Positions 8,343-18,146 of a DNA stretch of 32,028 nucleotides are shown piece after piece; positions within the stretch are counted from its first letter, which is position 1, and every line of letters starts with the position of its first letter. The DNA lies in IMG/VR virus record IMGVR_UViG_3300012352_000153, positions 1 to 32,028 of that record. One strand, 5' to 3'. The stretch is from a virus. The notes beneath the pieces were generated by a model. The model was given only the letters and a program-made list of their open reading frames with translations. It did no database searches and was not told where the DNA came from. Made by a program: the position numbers and the translations under genes.

Positions 8343-9128
8343 ATGAATTCAAAAACCGTATTAGGAAAGATATTCGCACTTTTGTCAGCAGATAAAGAAG
8401 TTAATTTCGTAGATGCAAAAAGCAAGGATGGCGCAATCTTACAATCACCTACCTTTGATGTAGGAGAAAAAATTGATGTAGTATCAGAAGATGGTACTTT
8501 AACTCCTGCTCCAGATGGAGAACACGAAGTATCGTTAAAAGATACTGAAGGAAACGAAGTATTAATCAAAGTTATTACTAAAGATGGTAAAATCGTTGAA
8601 AGAGAAAACGTTGAATTAGCAGAAAAAGTTGACGAAGAAGTTGTTGACAAAGATGTTGAGAAAAAAGACGAAGAAGATGTTGAGATGGCAGATGCTACTA
8701 CTGAAGAAGCTAAAGCATTACCTAACACAACAGATGAAGACCCAAGAAATTCAGTTGGTGAAGATGATGAGGAAACAGAAAATGACCCAATCATATCTTT
8801 ATCTTACAGAATTGATGAACTTGAGAAAGCAATCAAAAAATTAACTGAACCTGCAATGGATGAAGAAATGCCAGCAGATGATTCAATCGAAGAAGATGAT
8901 TCAGAAGAAGTTGAGATGGCAGATGCTGAAGCTGATAAAGAAGCTCAAATAGCTGAATTAAAAGCTAAGATAGCTAAATTAGAAGAAGGTGAAGATGATG
9001 AAGAAGAACTTCCTAAATTAGATGGAGCTCCAATCGAAGCACCAGTTAAGTTTAACCACGCAAAACCGAATTCAGGTAAGCAAGTTGCAAATTCGCAAAA
9101 TACTTTCTTATCTAAATTATATTCATAA
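8343..9128 (+). CDS. putative scaffolding protein
   Basis: Highly acidic and helical (EEDV/EMADA repeats). Lies immediately upstream of the major capsid gene. Confidence 0.55.
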   Translation: MNSKTVLGKIFALLSADKEVNFVDAKSKDGAILQSPTFDVGEKIDVVSEDGTLTPAPDGEHEVSLKDTEGNEVLIKVITKDGKIVERENVELAEKVDEEVVDKDVEKKDEEDVEMADATTEEAKALPNTTDEDPRNSVGEDDEETENDPIISLSYRIDELEKAIKKLTEPAMDEEMPADDSIEEDDSEEVEMADAEADKEAQIAELKAKIAKLEEGEDDEEELPKLDGAPIEAPVKFNHAKPNSGKQVANSQNTFLSKLYS

Positions 9129-9160
9129 AAAATTATAACTCATTTAATTAAACAAACAAA

Positions 9161-10126
9161 ATGAAAAAATTACAAAAATTTACTGAACCTACAATCAGTA
9201 ATACTACTTACGCTGGAGAAGCAGCTGCTCAATACATCGCAGCAGCATTGTTATCAGCAAAGACTTTGGATAACAAATATGTAACTATCATGCCAAACGT
9301 GAAGTACAAAGAAGTAATCCAAAAATTAGCAGTTGATGGAATCGTACAAGATGCATCATGTGACTTCGTAACTTCTGGTTCAGTAACTATCTCTGAAAGA
9401 GTGTTGACACCAAAAGAATTACAAGTTAACTTACTTTTGTGTAAGCAACAATTTGTGGCTTCATGGGAGGCTTTACAATTAGGATTCTCTGCATTTGACG
9501 AAATTCCTAAATCATTCAATGATTATTTAGTATCTTACGTTGGTGGTACAGTAGCTCAAGCAACTGAACAATCTATTTGGCAAGGTTCTGCTTCAACTAA
9601 CGGACAATTTGGTGGTTTCGAACCAGCATTGAGTTCTTCTATTGCAGCTTCAACAGGTGTTATCTCTGCAAAATCAGGTTCAACTGTAATCTCTGGTTCA
9701 ATCACAGCAGGTAACGTATTAGACAAATTAAACTCAGTTGTAGGTACTATTCCTAACGCTGTTTATGGTAAAGAAGATTTATTGTTATACGTTCCAACAA
9801 ACGTAGCAAAAGCTTACCAACAAGCATTAGGTGGTGGAGCAGTAGGAGCAAACGGATGGAATAACCAAATGAACGTGGGAGAGAAACCATTCAACTTCAA
9901 TGGTATCGAAATCGTAATGTGTCCAGGTATGAGTGACTCTAAAGTAGTTGCAGCTCAAAAATCTAACTTATTCTTCGGAACTGGTCTTTTATCAGATTAC
10001 AATGAAGTTAAGGTGATTGACATGGCAAATATTGACGGTTCACAAAATTACAGAATCGTGATGAGATTTACAGCAGGTACTCAAATCGGTATCTTGTCTG
10101 ATGTAGTTTACTACGGAGCATACTAA
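9161..10126 (+). CDS. major capsid protein (HK97-fold type)
   Basis: 321 aa, positioned after the scaffold. The segment TISERVLTPKELQVNLLLCKQQF resembles capsid-family sequences. Followed by a stable hairpin. Confidence 0.7.
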   Translation: MKKLQKFTEPTISNTTYAGEAAAQYIAAALLSAKTLDNKYVTIMPNVKYKEVIQKLAVDGIVQDASCDFVTSGSVTISERVLTPKELQVNLLLCKQQFVASWEALQLGFSAFDEIPKSFNDYLVSYVGGTVAQATEQSIWQGSASTNGQFGGFEPALSSSIAASTGVISAKSGSTVISGSITAGNVLDKLNSVVGTIPNAVYGKEDLLLYVPTNVAKAYQQALGGGAVGANGWNNQMNVGEKPFNFNGIEIVMCPGMSDSKVVAAQKSNLFFGTGLLSDYNEVKVIDMANIDGSQNYRIVMRFTAGTQIGILSDVVYYGAY

Positions 10127-10146
10127 TAAAAAAACTAATTGAGAAG

Positions 10147-10166
10147 GTGGGGAGTAAAATCCCCAC
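10147..10166 (+). terminator. hairpin after the capsid gene (GTGGGGA-gtaaaa-TCCCCAC), no clear U tract
   Basis: 7-bp perfect stem read directly. Confidence 0.35.
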
Positions 10167-10203
10167 TAACTTAAAAAACTAACAAAAATAAAATTTAACA
10201 GAT

Positions 10204-10740
10204 ATGGCTTGTAATTTAACAGCAGGACGTCAAGAAGTTTGTAAAGAAAGTATCGGAGGTTTACAAGGAGCTTACTTTATTAACTACACGACAGGTTCTT
10301 TCACAAAAAACGCCAATGGACAGGTAACAGGTTTACCTTCTGGTTCAACAGTATACTACTACGAACTTAAAGGCACAAGTGCATATACTGAAACAGTAAA
10401 TTCATCTCGTGAAAACGGTACAACTTTCTTCAACCAAGAATTAACTCTTAACTTGAAGAAATTAACAAATGAAATGACTACTCAATTGAAGCTTATGGCT
10501 TATGGTAGACCTCAAATCATTGTTTGGACTAATAACGGAGATGCATTGTTAGTTGGTGAACATTTAGGAGCAGATGTAACTGCAGGAACTATCCAAACGG
10601 GTGGAGCATTAGGAGATTTGTACGGATATTCTGTAACCTTAACAGGTATGGAACAATTACCAGCATCTTTCTTATCAGGAAGTACAACTACTTCTCCATT
10701 CGCAGGTTTGGCAGTTCAACCAACTATCGTATATAGCTAA
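10204..10740 (+). CDS. abundant virion protein, possibly the major tail tube protein
   Basis: 178 aa. Sits between the capsid hairpin and a strong terminator, which suggests high expression. The family call is a guess from overall pattern. Confidence 0.4.
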   Translation: MACNLTAGRQEVCKESIGGLQGAYFINYTTGSFTKNANGQVTGLPSGSTVYYYELKGTSAYTETVNSSRENGTTFFNQELTLNLKKLTNEMTTQLKLMAYGRPQIIVWTNNGDALLVGEHLGADVTAGTIQTGGALGDLYGYSVTLTGMEQLPASFLSGSTTTSPFAGLAVQPTIVYS

Positions 10741-10767
10741 TCAGCATATTGCATAAAACATAACTAA

Positions 10768-10797
10768 AGGTATCCTTAAACAGGGTACCTTTTTTTA
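10768..10797 (+). terminator. intrinsic terminator
   Basis: AGGTATCC-ttaaaca-GGGTACCT stem followed by a T run. Confidence 0.75.
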
Positions 10798-10860
10798 TTT
10801 AATCATATTTCAGTATTATAGTGTTATATTAGAAGATAATACACACCTAAATACAAGCAA

Positions 10861-11226
10861 ATGCTGGGATATCACATATCACAATCAAATGTGTACACTA
10901 TACGAACCGATGTAACATCATCAAGTGAGTTCACAATGAGCTTACAAGATATGACTACATTGGAAAATACTACTGCTTCTCTATCTGGCATTACTTATGA
11001 GGGATACGAAAGCATTTTATCTTTTACTGCAAGTATAAGTGGAACAGTCATAGGGGAAGAATACAGAGCATATTTAATCAATAGTGGAAGTGAAACACCT
11101 ATTTGGTATGGTTCATTCCAAACATTTGAGTCACAATCTCTTGCAATCCCTAAATCAGATTACGAAAACCAAAACAAACAATACATTTCACACGAGAGTG
11201 AGAACAAGTATATCATTATGAAATAA
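10861..11226 (+). CDS. hypothetical protein (121 aa)
   Basis: ORF preceded by an intergenic TGTTATAT motif. Confidence 0.5.
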   Translation: MLGYHISQSNVYTIRTDVTSSSEFTMSLQDMTTLENTTASLSGITYEGYESILSFTASISGTVIGEEYRAYLINSGSETPIWYGSFQTFESQSLAIPKSDYENQNKQYISHESENKYIIMK

Positions 11227-11227
11227 T

Positions 11228-12559
11228 ATGAAAGTAGAGCAAAATAAAAAACAGAACTTTGCAGTTGTAAATGTAAATACAAACACTCTTCCAACAATAA
11301 ATGAAGATACAAAGACCAGAATGCACTATGTACCATTTGGTATCTATGGGCAGGATGATTTCTTTGATGCTGTAACAACCGCATTTAGTGTATCTACTAC
11401 TAATGCTGCTTGTGTGGAAGGAATAGCCGATTTAATCTTCGGTAAGGGATTATATAGTAAGAACGAAGGGTATGATGCCATCTTACAGAAAATCATTCCA
11501 CAGGAAGAGACTAAGAGGGTTGCATTTGATTTAAAATTGTATGGTAATGCTGCATACCAAGTGTATTGGAACGCTGACCATACTAAAATCGTTAAGATGT
11601 ACCACGTTCCTATCCAAACACTTCGTGCTGAAAAGATATATAACGACCCTAAAGTACAAAACTATTACTATTGTACTGATTGGATGGACCAAAGAAAGGT
11701 AAGAGATAAAAAGAAAATACCCACATTTGGAACTTCTAATGAAAAGATGGAGATTCTTTACATTAAGAATTACTTCCCTGGGTTGTACTACTATTCACTA
11801 CCTGATTGGGTATCTGCAATGCAGTTCTCATTTTCAGAAGGTGAGATATCTAACCTACACATTAACAATATTACTAATGGTTTCCTTCCAGCAGTTATGG
11901 TTAACTTCAATAATGGAGTTCCTGCACCTGAAGAAAGACAAACTATTGAAGATTTAATACAAGCTAAGTTTACAGGTACAGATAATGCCGGTAGATTTAT
12001 GTTATCATTTAATGATGACCCTGCTACAAAACCTACAATTGATGTAATTAACATCGATAATTTGCATGAAAAATATGAATATGTTGCTGATTATACGCAA
12101 GATAGAATATTGGTTGCTCATAGAGTTACCTCTCCATTACTATTCGGTATTAGAACCGCTAATAATGGTTTCTCTTCTCAATCTGAAGAAATGATGACCG
12201 CATTCTCTATTATGCAAACGATGACAATCTCTCCATTCCAAAATCTAATTTTAAATAGTTTAGATTACGCTTTGACAGAAGGTGGGTATGATGATATGGA
12301 ATTATACTTTGAGCAACTTACACCACTTGTATTGCTTTCACAGACAGCAGAAGATACTGGTAAATCAATTGCACAAGTAGAAGATGAAACAAATAAATCA
12401 ATGGAGAATCCTGCAACTCAAGAAGATGCAGAGGACCAAACTATTGATGATGCTATTCCACCAACTAAAAATGATTTAAGTTTATCAGATGCAGAGGAGT
12501 TGGAGTTTATCAGAACAGTTGGTACTACCAGCGCACATTTTTCAAAAGAATTTAATTAA
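11228..12559 (+). CDS. putative portal protein
   Basis: 443 aa with an acidic C-terminus. The N-terminal YVPFGIYGQDDFFDAVTTAF..AACVEGIADLIFGKGL resembles PBSX-type portal N-termini. Confidence 0.55.
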   Translation: MKVEQNKKQNFAVVNVNTNTLPTINEDTKTRMHYVPFGIYGQDDFFDAVTTAFSVSTTNAACVEGIADLIFGKGLYSKNEGYDAILQKIIPQEETKRVAFDLKLYGNAAYQVYWNADHTKIVKMYHVPIQTLRAEKIYNDPKVQNYYYCTDWMDQRKVRDKKKIPTFGTSNEKMEILYIKNYFPGLYYYSLPDWVSAMQFSFSEGEISNLHINNITNGFLPAVMVNFNNGVPAPEERQTIEDLIQAKFTGTDNAGRFMLSFNDDPATKPTIDVINIDNLHEKYEYVADYTQDRILVAHRVTSPLLFGIRTANNGFSSQSEEMMTAFSIMQTMTISPFQNLILNSLDYALTEGGYDDMELYFEQLTPLVLLSQTAEDTGKSIAQVEDETNKSMENPATQEDAEDQTIDDAIPPTKNDLSLSDAEELEFIRTVGTTSAHFSKEFN

Positions 12560-12567
12560 AATATACT

Positions 12568-13086
12568 ATGGCATACGTTTTATTCATAAACAGAAATGAT
12601 ATTATCAAAAACACTCCATTACAGGGTGCTATTGATGCAGATGCTCTATTGCCTTTTACGAGAACGGCTCAAGACAAATATCTAAAAAATCTTTTAGGTA
12701 CTATCTTATTTGCTTACTTACAGGACCAAATATTAGCAGGTACGGTTGATAGTTTATCACCATACTACCAAGACCTATTGGATGACCACATTAAGAATGT
12801 TCTTATTTGGTATGCAGCTGTGGAATACATTCCATTTAGTTCTATCCAATTCAAATCTAATGGTTCGGTTAAACAAAGTTCAGAACAAGGAACTGCTCCA
12901 TCTAAAGGTGAAATAGATTATCTATTAGCTAAAGCTAAAGAGAACGCTGAGTACTACGCATTACGTTTACAGAACTATTGTATTGCTTATAGTAATCAAA
13001 TACCACAATACTTACAAAGTATCGGAAATCAAACGCAAATCTACCCTGACCAAACTAATCAATACTTTGGCGGAATTCAATTATAA
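12568..13086 (+). CDS. hypothetical protein, possibly a head-tail adaptor
   Basis: Position after the portal and its size; weak pattern only. Confidence 0.3.
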   Translation: MAYVLFINRNDIIKNTPLQGAIDADALLPFTRTAQDKYLKNLLGTILFAYLQDQILAGTVDSLSPYYQDLLDDHIKNVLIWYAAVEYIPFSSIQFKSNGSVKQSSEQGTAPSKGEIDYLLAKAKENAEYYALRLQNYCIAYSNQIPQYLQSIGNQTQIYPDQTNQYFGGIQL

Positions 13087-13089
13087 GAT

Positions 13090-13953
13090 ATGGCACAACA
13101 AATAGTACATAACGCTGGTGTTAACTATACTCTATATTATAATGTTTTAAGCTATTTTAAAACCATTATGAATAATCATCCATCTATACAACAAGTATCT
13201 ATGGGTGATATAGCAGCATTAGATGATATTCAGTTTCCAACGTATCCATTGGGTAACGTAATGATACTAAACTCTACTTTTGGTACAAACATCACAGAAT
13301 TTGAAGTTCAGTTGATTGTAGCTGATAAAGTAAAGAATAGAAACAACGATTCAAACCCAGTAACTAATGCACAGACATTACCATTCTTTGGAGTGGATGA
13401 TATGGTTGATATCCATGCTAACACATTATCAATTCTTAATGATTTAACCGCTTATACGCAAAGGGGGGTTGTAGGTTTCGAAGTAAATGGGGAAGTGACT
13501 TGTACACCATTCGCCGATAGGTTCAATAATGGACTTGCCGGTTGGTCAGCAACTTTCACTTTGACCACTCACAACGATAGAAATCGCTGTCTTTTTTTTT
13601 TGATAAACCCTAGCGGGAGTGGATATATAATAGAAGATTGCAATACGCAAGAACAATACAAAGCAGTATTAAGTGAGTCTGGTTCAATCGGACAAGTTTT
13701 CGCAAGTAAATCGGTACCTGGTAACGTATATGACTTAACTACATACTATGATTTGAATTGTTATACTATTGTTGATACGTTCAATGATAGAGATGATTAC
13801 GATTTCGTAAATCTACCTATACTTTACATACCTCAACCGGATTTCGGAACTTGTGAGTATTGTAATTTATGGACTAATTCACAGACTTGGGGAACTTCGC
13901 CAGCACAATGGCAAGGAACTTGGGGTGAAGTAAGACAATGGGCATACGTTTAA
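13090..13953 (+). CDS. hypothetical virion protein (287 aa) with a Cys/Trp-rich C-terminal half
   Basis: ORF in the structural block; contains an in-frame T10 run at 13592-13601. Confidence 0.5.
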   Translation: MAQQIVHNAGVNYTLYYNVLSYFKTIMNNHPSIQQVSMGDIAALDDIQFPTYPLGNVMILNSTFGTNITEFEVQLIVADKVKNRNNDSNPVTNAQTLPFFGVDDMVDIHANTLSILNDLTAYTQRGVVGFEVNGEVTCTPFADRFNNGLAGWSATFTLTTHNDRNRCLFFLINPSGSGYIIEDCNTQEQYKAVLSESGSIGQVFASKSVPGNVYDLTTYYDLNCYTIVDTFNDRDDYDFVNLPILYIPQPDFGTCEYCNLWTNSQTWGTSPAQWQGTWGEVRQWAYV

Positions 13954-13971
13954 AAATATAAAATATAAATA

Positions 13972-15930
13972 ATGGGAAGTTTAAATAACTTATACATATC
14001 ACAATCATATCAGAGTTTAGTTCACTTCGCAACTGACAATACGGCTTCTGCTACCTTAATCGAATTAGAAGATGGTTTAGGTAACGGATTAGGTGTATCT
14101 ATGAATACTAATGGTGATATATCAGCATCAGGGCAATTGTTTGCAAACGATGTGGTTATTAATCATAGTTTAGAAGTAACAGGAGCAGTTGATATATATA
14201 CAAGCTTCTCTGCTTCAACAGAGGCATTCTTAAATTCATTTCAACCTTACTACTCAACAGCAGTTTTTGTAACGGGTTCATACCCTGGACCTGGTGAAAA
14301 CCCACCATCTTTAAATGATGTACAAGCTGGTTGGATTTGTAATGGAATAAATGTAACGGATGGAGTTGTATTATCAGTTTCTCAATCTACTGAAGGATTG
14401 TATATTGTTATTGATGGACAATACCCACAACCTGGACAAACATATACCTTTGAAGGTGAGATAAGTGTTCCGGTTAGAATCACTGGTTCATTGGATGTAT
14501 CTAATGATATCACTGCTTCAAATTTAAGAATTAAAAATGACTTATTTGTTGATGGTACAATTCATACACCTGAATTAATAGCTACGGCAATTACTTCATC
14601 AACTATATTCAGTTCAGGTTCAAATCAATTCGGAGATTCTATTGCTGATACTCAAACCTTAATTGGTGATACGGTATTAAGTGGTAGTTTGACTGTAGAT
14701 GGACCAATTATACATAGAGGTGAAGTAGAAATCACAGGTTCACTTAAAGTAAGTGGAGATATCTCTTCTTCTACTTTAAATGGAATTGGTAATGTAACGG
14801 CTTACTCTACTTCAGTAGATGCAAGATTGGATTACTTAGAAGGACCATTTTCAACTTCAGTAGATTTTAGATTAGATAAGTTAGAAGAAACTTCTCAATC
14901 TTTAAATGATTATACACAATCACTAAGAACTGCTTTTACAGCAAGTGGAGTAGATGTAGCATTCAATGGTAACATTTCAGTAGTTGGAACTATTTCAGCT
15001 TATGAGATACATACTACAATCGAATCATCATCGGTAATATTCTCGTCAGGAAGCAACGTTTTAGGAGATGATGTATCTGACACTCAAATTCTAAGTGGAA
15101 CAGTCTACGCACCAAATGCTCTAGTTGTAGCAGGTGTTGATTTTATTCCTTTCTCTCAATCGGTAGATTTAAGAATAGATAACTTAGAAGCTTGGAGTGC
15201 ATCTTTAGAAACCGATTTCGTAACTGAAGCTGAAGTACGTGCAACGGCATCTTTCTTACAAAGTGAGATTGACCAAAAATTATTTACTTCATCATTTAAC
15301 TCTTACACACAATCATTCTCTTCTTCGGTAGCAGCTGGATTTGTGACTGTAAATGGAACTATATCTGCACTATCTTCTTCAGTAGCAAGTGATTTTGTAA
15401 CTGTAAATGGAAACATAACTGCATTATCTCAATCAGTATCCTCTTCAAATGGATTAACCAATCAAAGAATAGATGTATTATCTTCTTATACAGGTTCATA
15501 CGCAACTACGGGAAGTAACTCATTCATTGGTACAGAATCTATTTCTGGTTCATTGAATTTGACTGGTTCAATGGGTGTGAATGGTAATATGGTTTATAGT
15601 GGTTCTGTTAGAGGTAAAATTAACGCATTGACTGTATCATCTAATACAGCAAGTATTGATTGTAGTATTGGTAACTTCTTTACTTTAGGATTAGTTGCAG
15701 CTAATACATACCATATAACGGCTACTAATATCCAACCAGGTGAAACTATAACTTTAAGAGTTACACAACCTATTTCAGGAAGTGGTGGAGTTACACTTGC
15801 ACCAAATATTAAATATCCAAATGGATATCAGTATATAGCAACTCCGCAAGCAAATGCAGTGGATATTCTTACATTCTTATCATTTGATACGGGAAGTTTA
15901 TATTATAGTAGAGCAAACCAATTCATTTAA
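13972..15930 (+). CDS. tail fiber paralog (652 aa)
   Basis: Two copies of the SSGSN.FGD..DTQ motif. Its C-terminal ~95 aa align with the C-terminus of ORF 3715..7287. Confidence 0.7.
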   Translation: MGSLNNLYISQSYQSLVHFATDNTASATLIELEDGLGNGLGVSMNTNGDISASGQLFANDVVINHSLEVTGAVDIYTSFSASTEAFLNSFQPYYSTAVFVTGSYPGPGENPPSLNDVQAGWICNGINVTDGVVLSVSQSTEGLYIVIDGQYPQPGQTYTFEGEISVPVRITGSLDVSNDITASNLRIKNDLFVDGTIHTPELIATAITSSTIFSSGSNQFGDSIADTQTLIGDTVLSGSLTVDGPIIHRGEVEITGSLKVSGDISSSTLNGIGNVTAYSTSVDARLDYLEGPFSTSVDFRLDKLEETSQSLNDYTQSLRTAFTASGVDVAFNGNISVVGTISAYEIHTTIESSSVIFSSGSNVLGDDVSDTQILSGTVYAPNALVVAGVDFIPFSQSVDLRIDNLEAWSASLETDFVTEAEVRATASFLQSEIDQKLFTSSFNSYTQSFSSSVAAGFVTVNGTISALSSSVASDFVTVNGNITALSQSVSSSNGLTNQRIDVLSSYTGSYATTGSNSFIGTESISGSLNLTGSMGVNGNMVYSGSVRGKINALTVSSNTASIDCSIGNFFTLGLVAANTYHITATNIQPGETITLRVTQPISGSGGVTLAPNIKYPNGYQYIATPQANAVDILTFLSFDTGSLYYSRANQFI

Positions 15931-15931
15931 T

Positions 15932-16543
15932 ATGTATATACCATCAATTTTCTCAACGGCAGCTAATGGTTGCCCTTCGGGTTCTCAACCATATAATGTG
16001 GGTAACTATAATTCTGAAAACTTAAATAGTGGAGCAAGAGGTAGGGTAATATTCTATTGGAATACACTTACTACTGATGTTATTGGTGAAAACTTTGCAG
16101 GAAGTGGTAGTTATTCTGGAGCAGAACTTGGTAATGGACAATCTACTGGATTTACAGCATTGAAACCAACTACAAGTAATATAGCATATCCATCATTTGG
16201 TACTGTTGACCAGAATATTACATTGGTTAATACCCTAACAGGTTCAATTGGACAAAATTTAGTATATTGTTATAATTGTCAACAAAAATTCAGATGGACA
16301 TTTGGTTCTAAAGCTGGATTGCCTGAGCCATGGCCTGCTACCGCTACACCATTAACAGTAGCAGTTTTAAGTAGTCCAAGTGGTTCTAATAATAACAATG
16401 CAGATTATAAAACCGCTACTTTTAATTTTACAAATGGTACTACGGGTACAATAGAAGGATATGGTCCTGTTTGGCAATGGTATCCTGGTTCGCTTGTTGG
16501 TAACTCTGCTGCATATTACATAATATCAAGAGAAGCAATTTAA
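15932..16543 (+). CDS. hypothetical fiber-associated protein (203 aa)
   Basis: The ATG at 15932 follows the fiber stop. The track start at 15854 would overlap fiber gene 2. Confidence 0.5.
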   Translation: MYIPSIFSTAANGCPSGSQPYNVGNYNSENLNSGARGRVIFYWNTLTTDVIGENFAGSGSYSGAELGNGQSTGFTALKPTTSNIAYPSFGTVDQNITLVNTLTGSIGQNLVYCYNCQQKFRWTFGSKAGLPEPWPATATPLTVAVLSSPSGSNNNNADYKTATFNFTNGTTGTIEGYGPVWQWYPGSLVGNSAAYYIISREAI

Positions 16544-16923
16544 TGAAAACGTTAAAAGACGTAGCTGGATTATATAAAACCCTTGCAGCAAACAATTTGG
16601 TGCAAGGGTCAACTCGTGCTTATAAGACGGGTAACTTATATAGAAGCATAAGTGATTTTAACACCCCTGATAGAATGATTTCTAAACAGGGTAATAAATC
16701 TACCATTACTTTAAATTACGCTCCGCCTACGGCAGTTTATGGAGGTTTTGTAGAAAATGGTACATTTAAAATGAGAGCAAGACCTTTTGCTGGAAATGCT
16801 GCAAATGACCCATTACTTGCTGAAGCAATCAAAGAATATCAAGGTTCACAAGTTGATGAAATCAATAAAGAAATATATAAGAGATTAAGCCTTACATTCT
16901 CTCCTATGGGTAAAAAGAAGTAA
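16543..16923 (+). CDS. HK97 gp10-like head/tail completion protein
   Basis: The motif GTFKMRARPFAGNAAN resembles the gp10-family ..ArPF..pA.. signature. Confidence 0.45.
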   Translation: MKTLKDVAGLYKTLAANNLVQGSTRAYKTGNLYRSISDFNTPDRMISKQGNKSTITLNYAPPTAVYGGFVENGTFKMRARPFAGNAANDPLLAEAIKEYQGSQVDEINKEIYKRLSLTFSPMGKKK

Positions 16924-16975
16924 ACATCAAATACTTTTTCTTTTTTAGTGGTTATAATAGAAAAGAAAATACCCA

Positions 16976-18145
16976 ATGGCATTATCATTATTACAAACAC
17001 CGGCTTCGTGTTCGTTAGCCCAATCACCGATTATATTTTCTGTATTAGAAAGTAGTGCGGCAATTAATTCATCTTCATTTCAGTATGTAGGTGAACTTTA
17101 CTATTGGACAGGCTCAACAACAGCATCAAGTTCAGTACCTGACTATACTATTGTAAAATATCCAAACACAGTTGATTCGGGTATATTTGATTTGAATAGA
17201 ATTATTTATTCAACACTTACACCTTTAGCACAAGCTAATACTTCAAATGTAGTTTTCTACGCAGTTGATTTCTATTATCAATATTTAAGTGGTAGTACCC
17301 CTATAACAGGTTCACACTTAAAAACCCCTACATATAAAGCATTAGATGGATACGGAGTATTCCAAGAAGCAATTGGAACTCAAATATTCGATACAACTCC
17401 ACATTGGCCTTTAATGACTAGTGGACCTGCTACTCAATCTGTATTTTTAGAAAATACGGGATTCGCTGGTGCATATAGTGGTAACTCAGGAGCTGGAACA
17501 CAAGCAACTAAAGTATTTTATCGTTCAAGTACGGGAGCAACTGCTAACTATAACTTATCAACTTCTACTTCTACGGGTGGACAAGTATCTCAATACCCTA
17601 TCGGACCATCTGAAGCTGGATTTCCACTTTCTACAACGGGAATGGAATGGTTTTCAGTTGAACCAACCGATGGATTTATAACTTTGGGTGAAGCAATTAA
17701 ATATGAAGTAACTTGTACTCAAAAATATCCAAACGTAAGAGTTAAATGGAAAAATAGATTTGGTCAATTTGATTGGATGAACTTCAATATGATTTCTCGT
17801 CAATCATTTTCAACTGAAAGAAAAACATATCAACCACAATTAGGTAGTTGGGAAAGTGCAACATTAACATATCAGAACTATGATTCAGCTAACTCAGCAT
17901 ATATTGTAGATTCTAAACAAGGATTATCTGTTAATTCAAATTGGTTATCAGAAGATTATAACGACATCCTAAAACAATTATTAGTTTCCGATGAAATCTA
18001 TTGGGTTTACGATGAAGCTAATAGTTTAGTAAGACCATTAACAATTACCACACAAAACATAGTATTCAAAACCGGCGTAGTCGATAAGTTAATTCAATAC
18101 CAATTTGAATTCCAATACGGACAGCCATATAAATTGATATTCTAA
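16976..18145 (+). CDS. virion structural protein (389 aa), tail/baseplate candidate
   Basis: Position in the tail block; no family recognised. Confidence 0.4.
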   Translation: MALSLLQTPASCSLAQSPIIFSVLESSAAINSSSFQYVGELYYWTGSTTASSSVPDYTIVKYPNTVDSGIFDLNRIIYSTLTPLAQANTSNVVFYAVDFYYQYLSGSTPITGSHLKTPTYKALDGYGVFQEAIGTQIFDTTPHWPLMTSGPATQSVFLENTGFAGAYSGNSGAGTQATKVFYRSSTGATANYNLSTSTSTGGQVSQYPIGPSEAGFPLSTTGMEWFSVEPTDGFITLGEAIKYEVTCTQKYPNVRVKWKNRFGQFDWMNFNMISRQSFSTERKTYQPQLGSWESATLTYQNYDSANSAYIVDSKQGLSVNSNWLSEDYNDILKQLLVSDEIYWVYDEANSLVRPLTITTQNIVFKTGVVDKLIQYQFEFQYGQPYKLIF

Positions 18146-18146
18146 T

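Noticed and set aside
8333-8794. 153-aa Ser-rich minus-strand ORF, and the 71-aa plus-strand ORF 8629..8844
   Set aside because: Both are alternative-frame shadows of the GAA/GAT/GAG-rich acidic scaffold gene. Low-complexity composition explains why the frames stay open.
9229-9519. 96-aa minus-strand ORF inside the capsid gene
   Set aside because: It is antisense to a confidently coding gene and is a shadow ORF.
11160-12054. ORFs 11160..11384(-), 11727..11957(+) and 11791..12054(-)
   Set aside because: They overlap the portal-like gene in other frames or on the other strand. They have hydrophobic junk-like sequences and no promoter or terminator context.
13592-13601. T10 homopolymer in ORF 13090..13953 as a second frameshift site
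   Set aside because: Both alternative frames stop immediately (TGA at 13601-13603 in the +1 frame, TAG at 13611-13613 in the -1 frame). The zero frame continues with normal codon usage. At most, slippage would give a truncated product, and it may simply be a sequencing-error-prone site.
3715-15930. Diversity-generating retroelement targeting the repeated fiber modules
   Set aside because: There is no reverse transcriptase ORF anywhere in the genome. There is also no template/variable repeat pair with adenine-specific differences. The fiber similarities are diverged paralogous modules.
15854-15931. N-terminal extensions suggested by the track (15854, 2297, 29892 and 30094 starts)
   Set aside because: Each extension overlaps the preceding gene. 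In each case an in-frame ATG lies right after the upstream stop (15932, 2321, 29925, 30121), which fits the compact head-to-tail gene packing seen elsewhere.
16936-16969. Hairpin TTTTCTTTT-16 nt-AAAAGAAAA between ORFs 16543..16923 and 16976..18145
   Set aside because: The stem is almost entirely A:T, has a large loop and lacks a distinct U tract. It is too weak to call a terminator, though it could be a minor pause or processing site.
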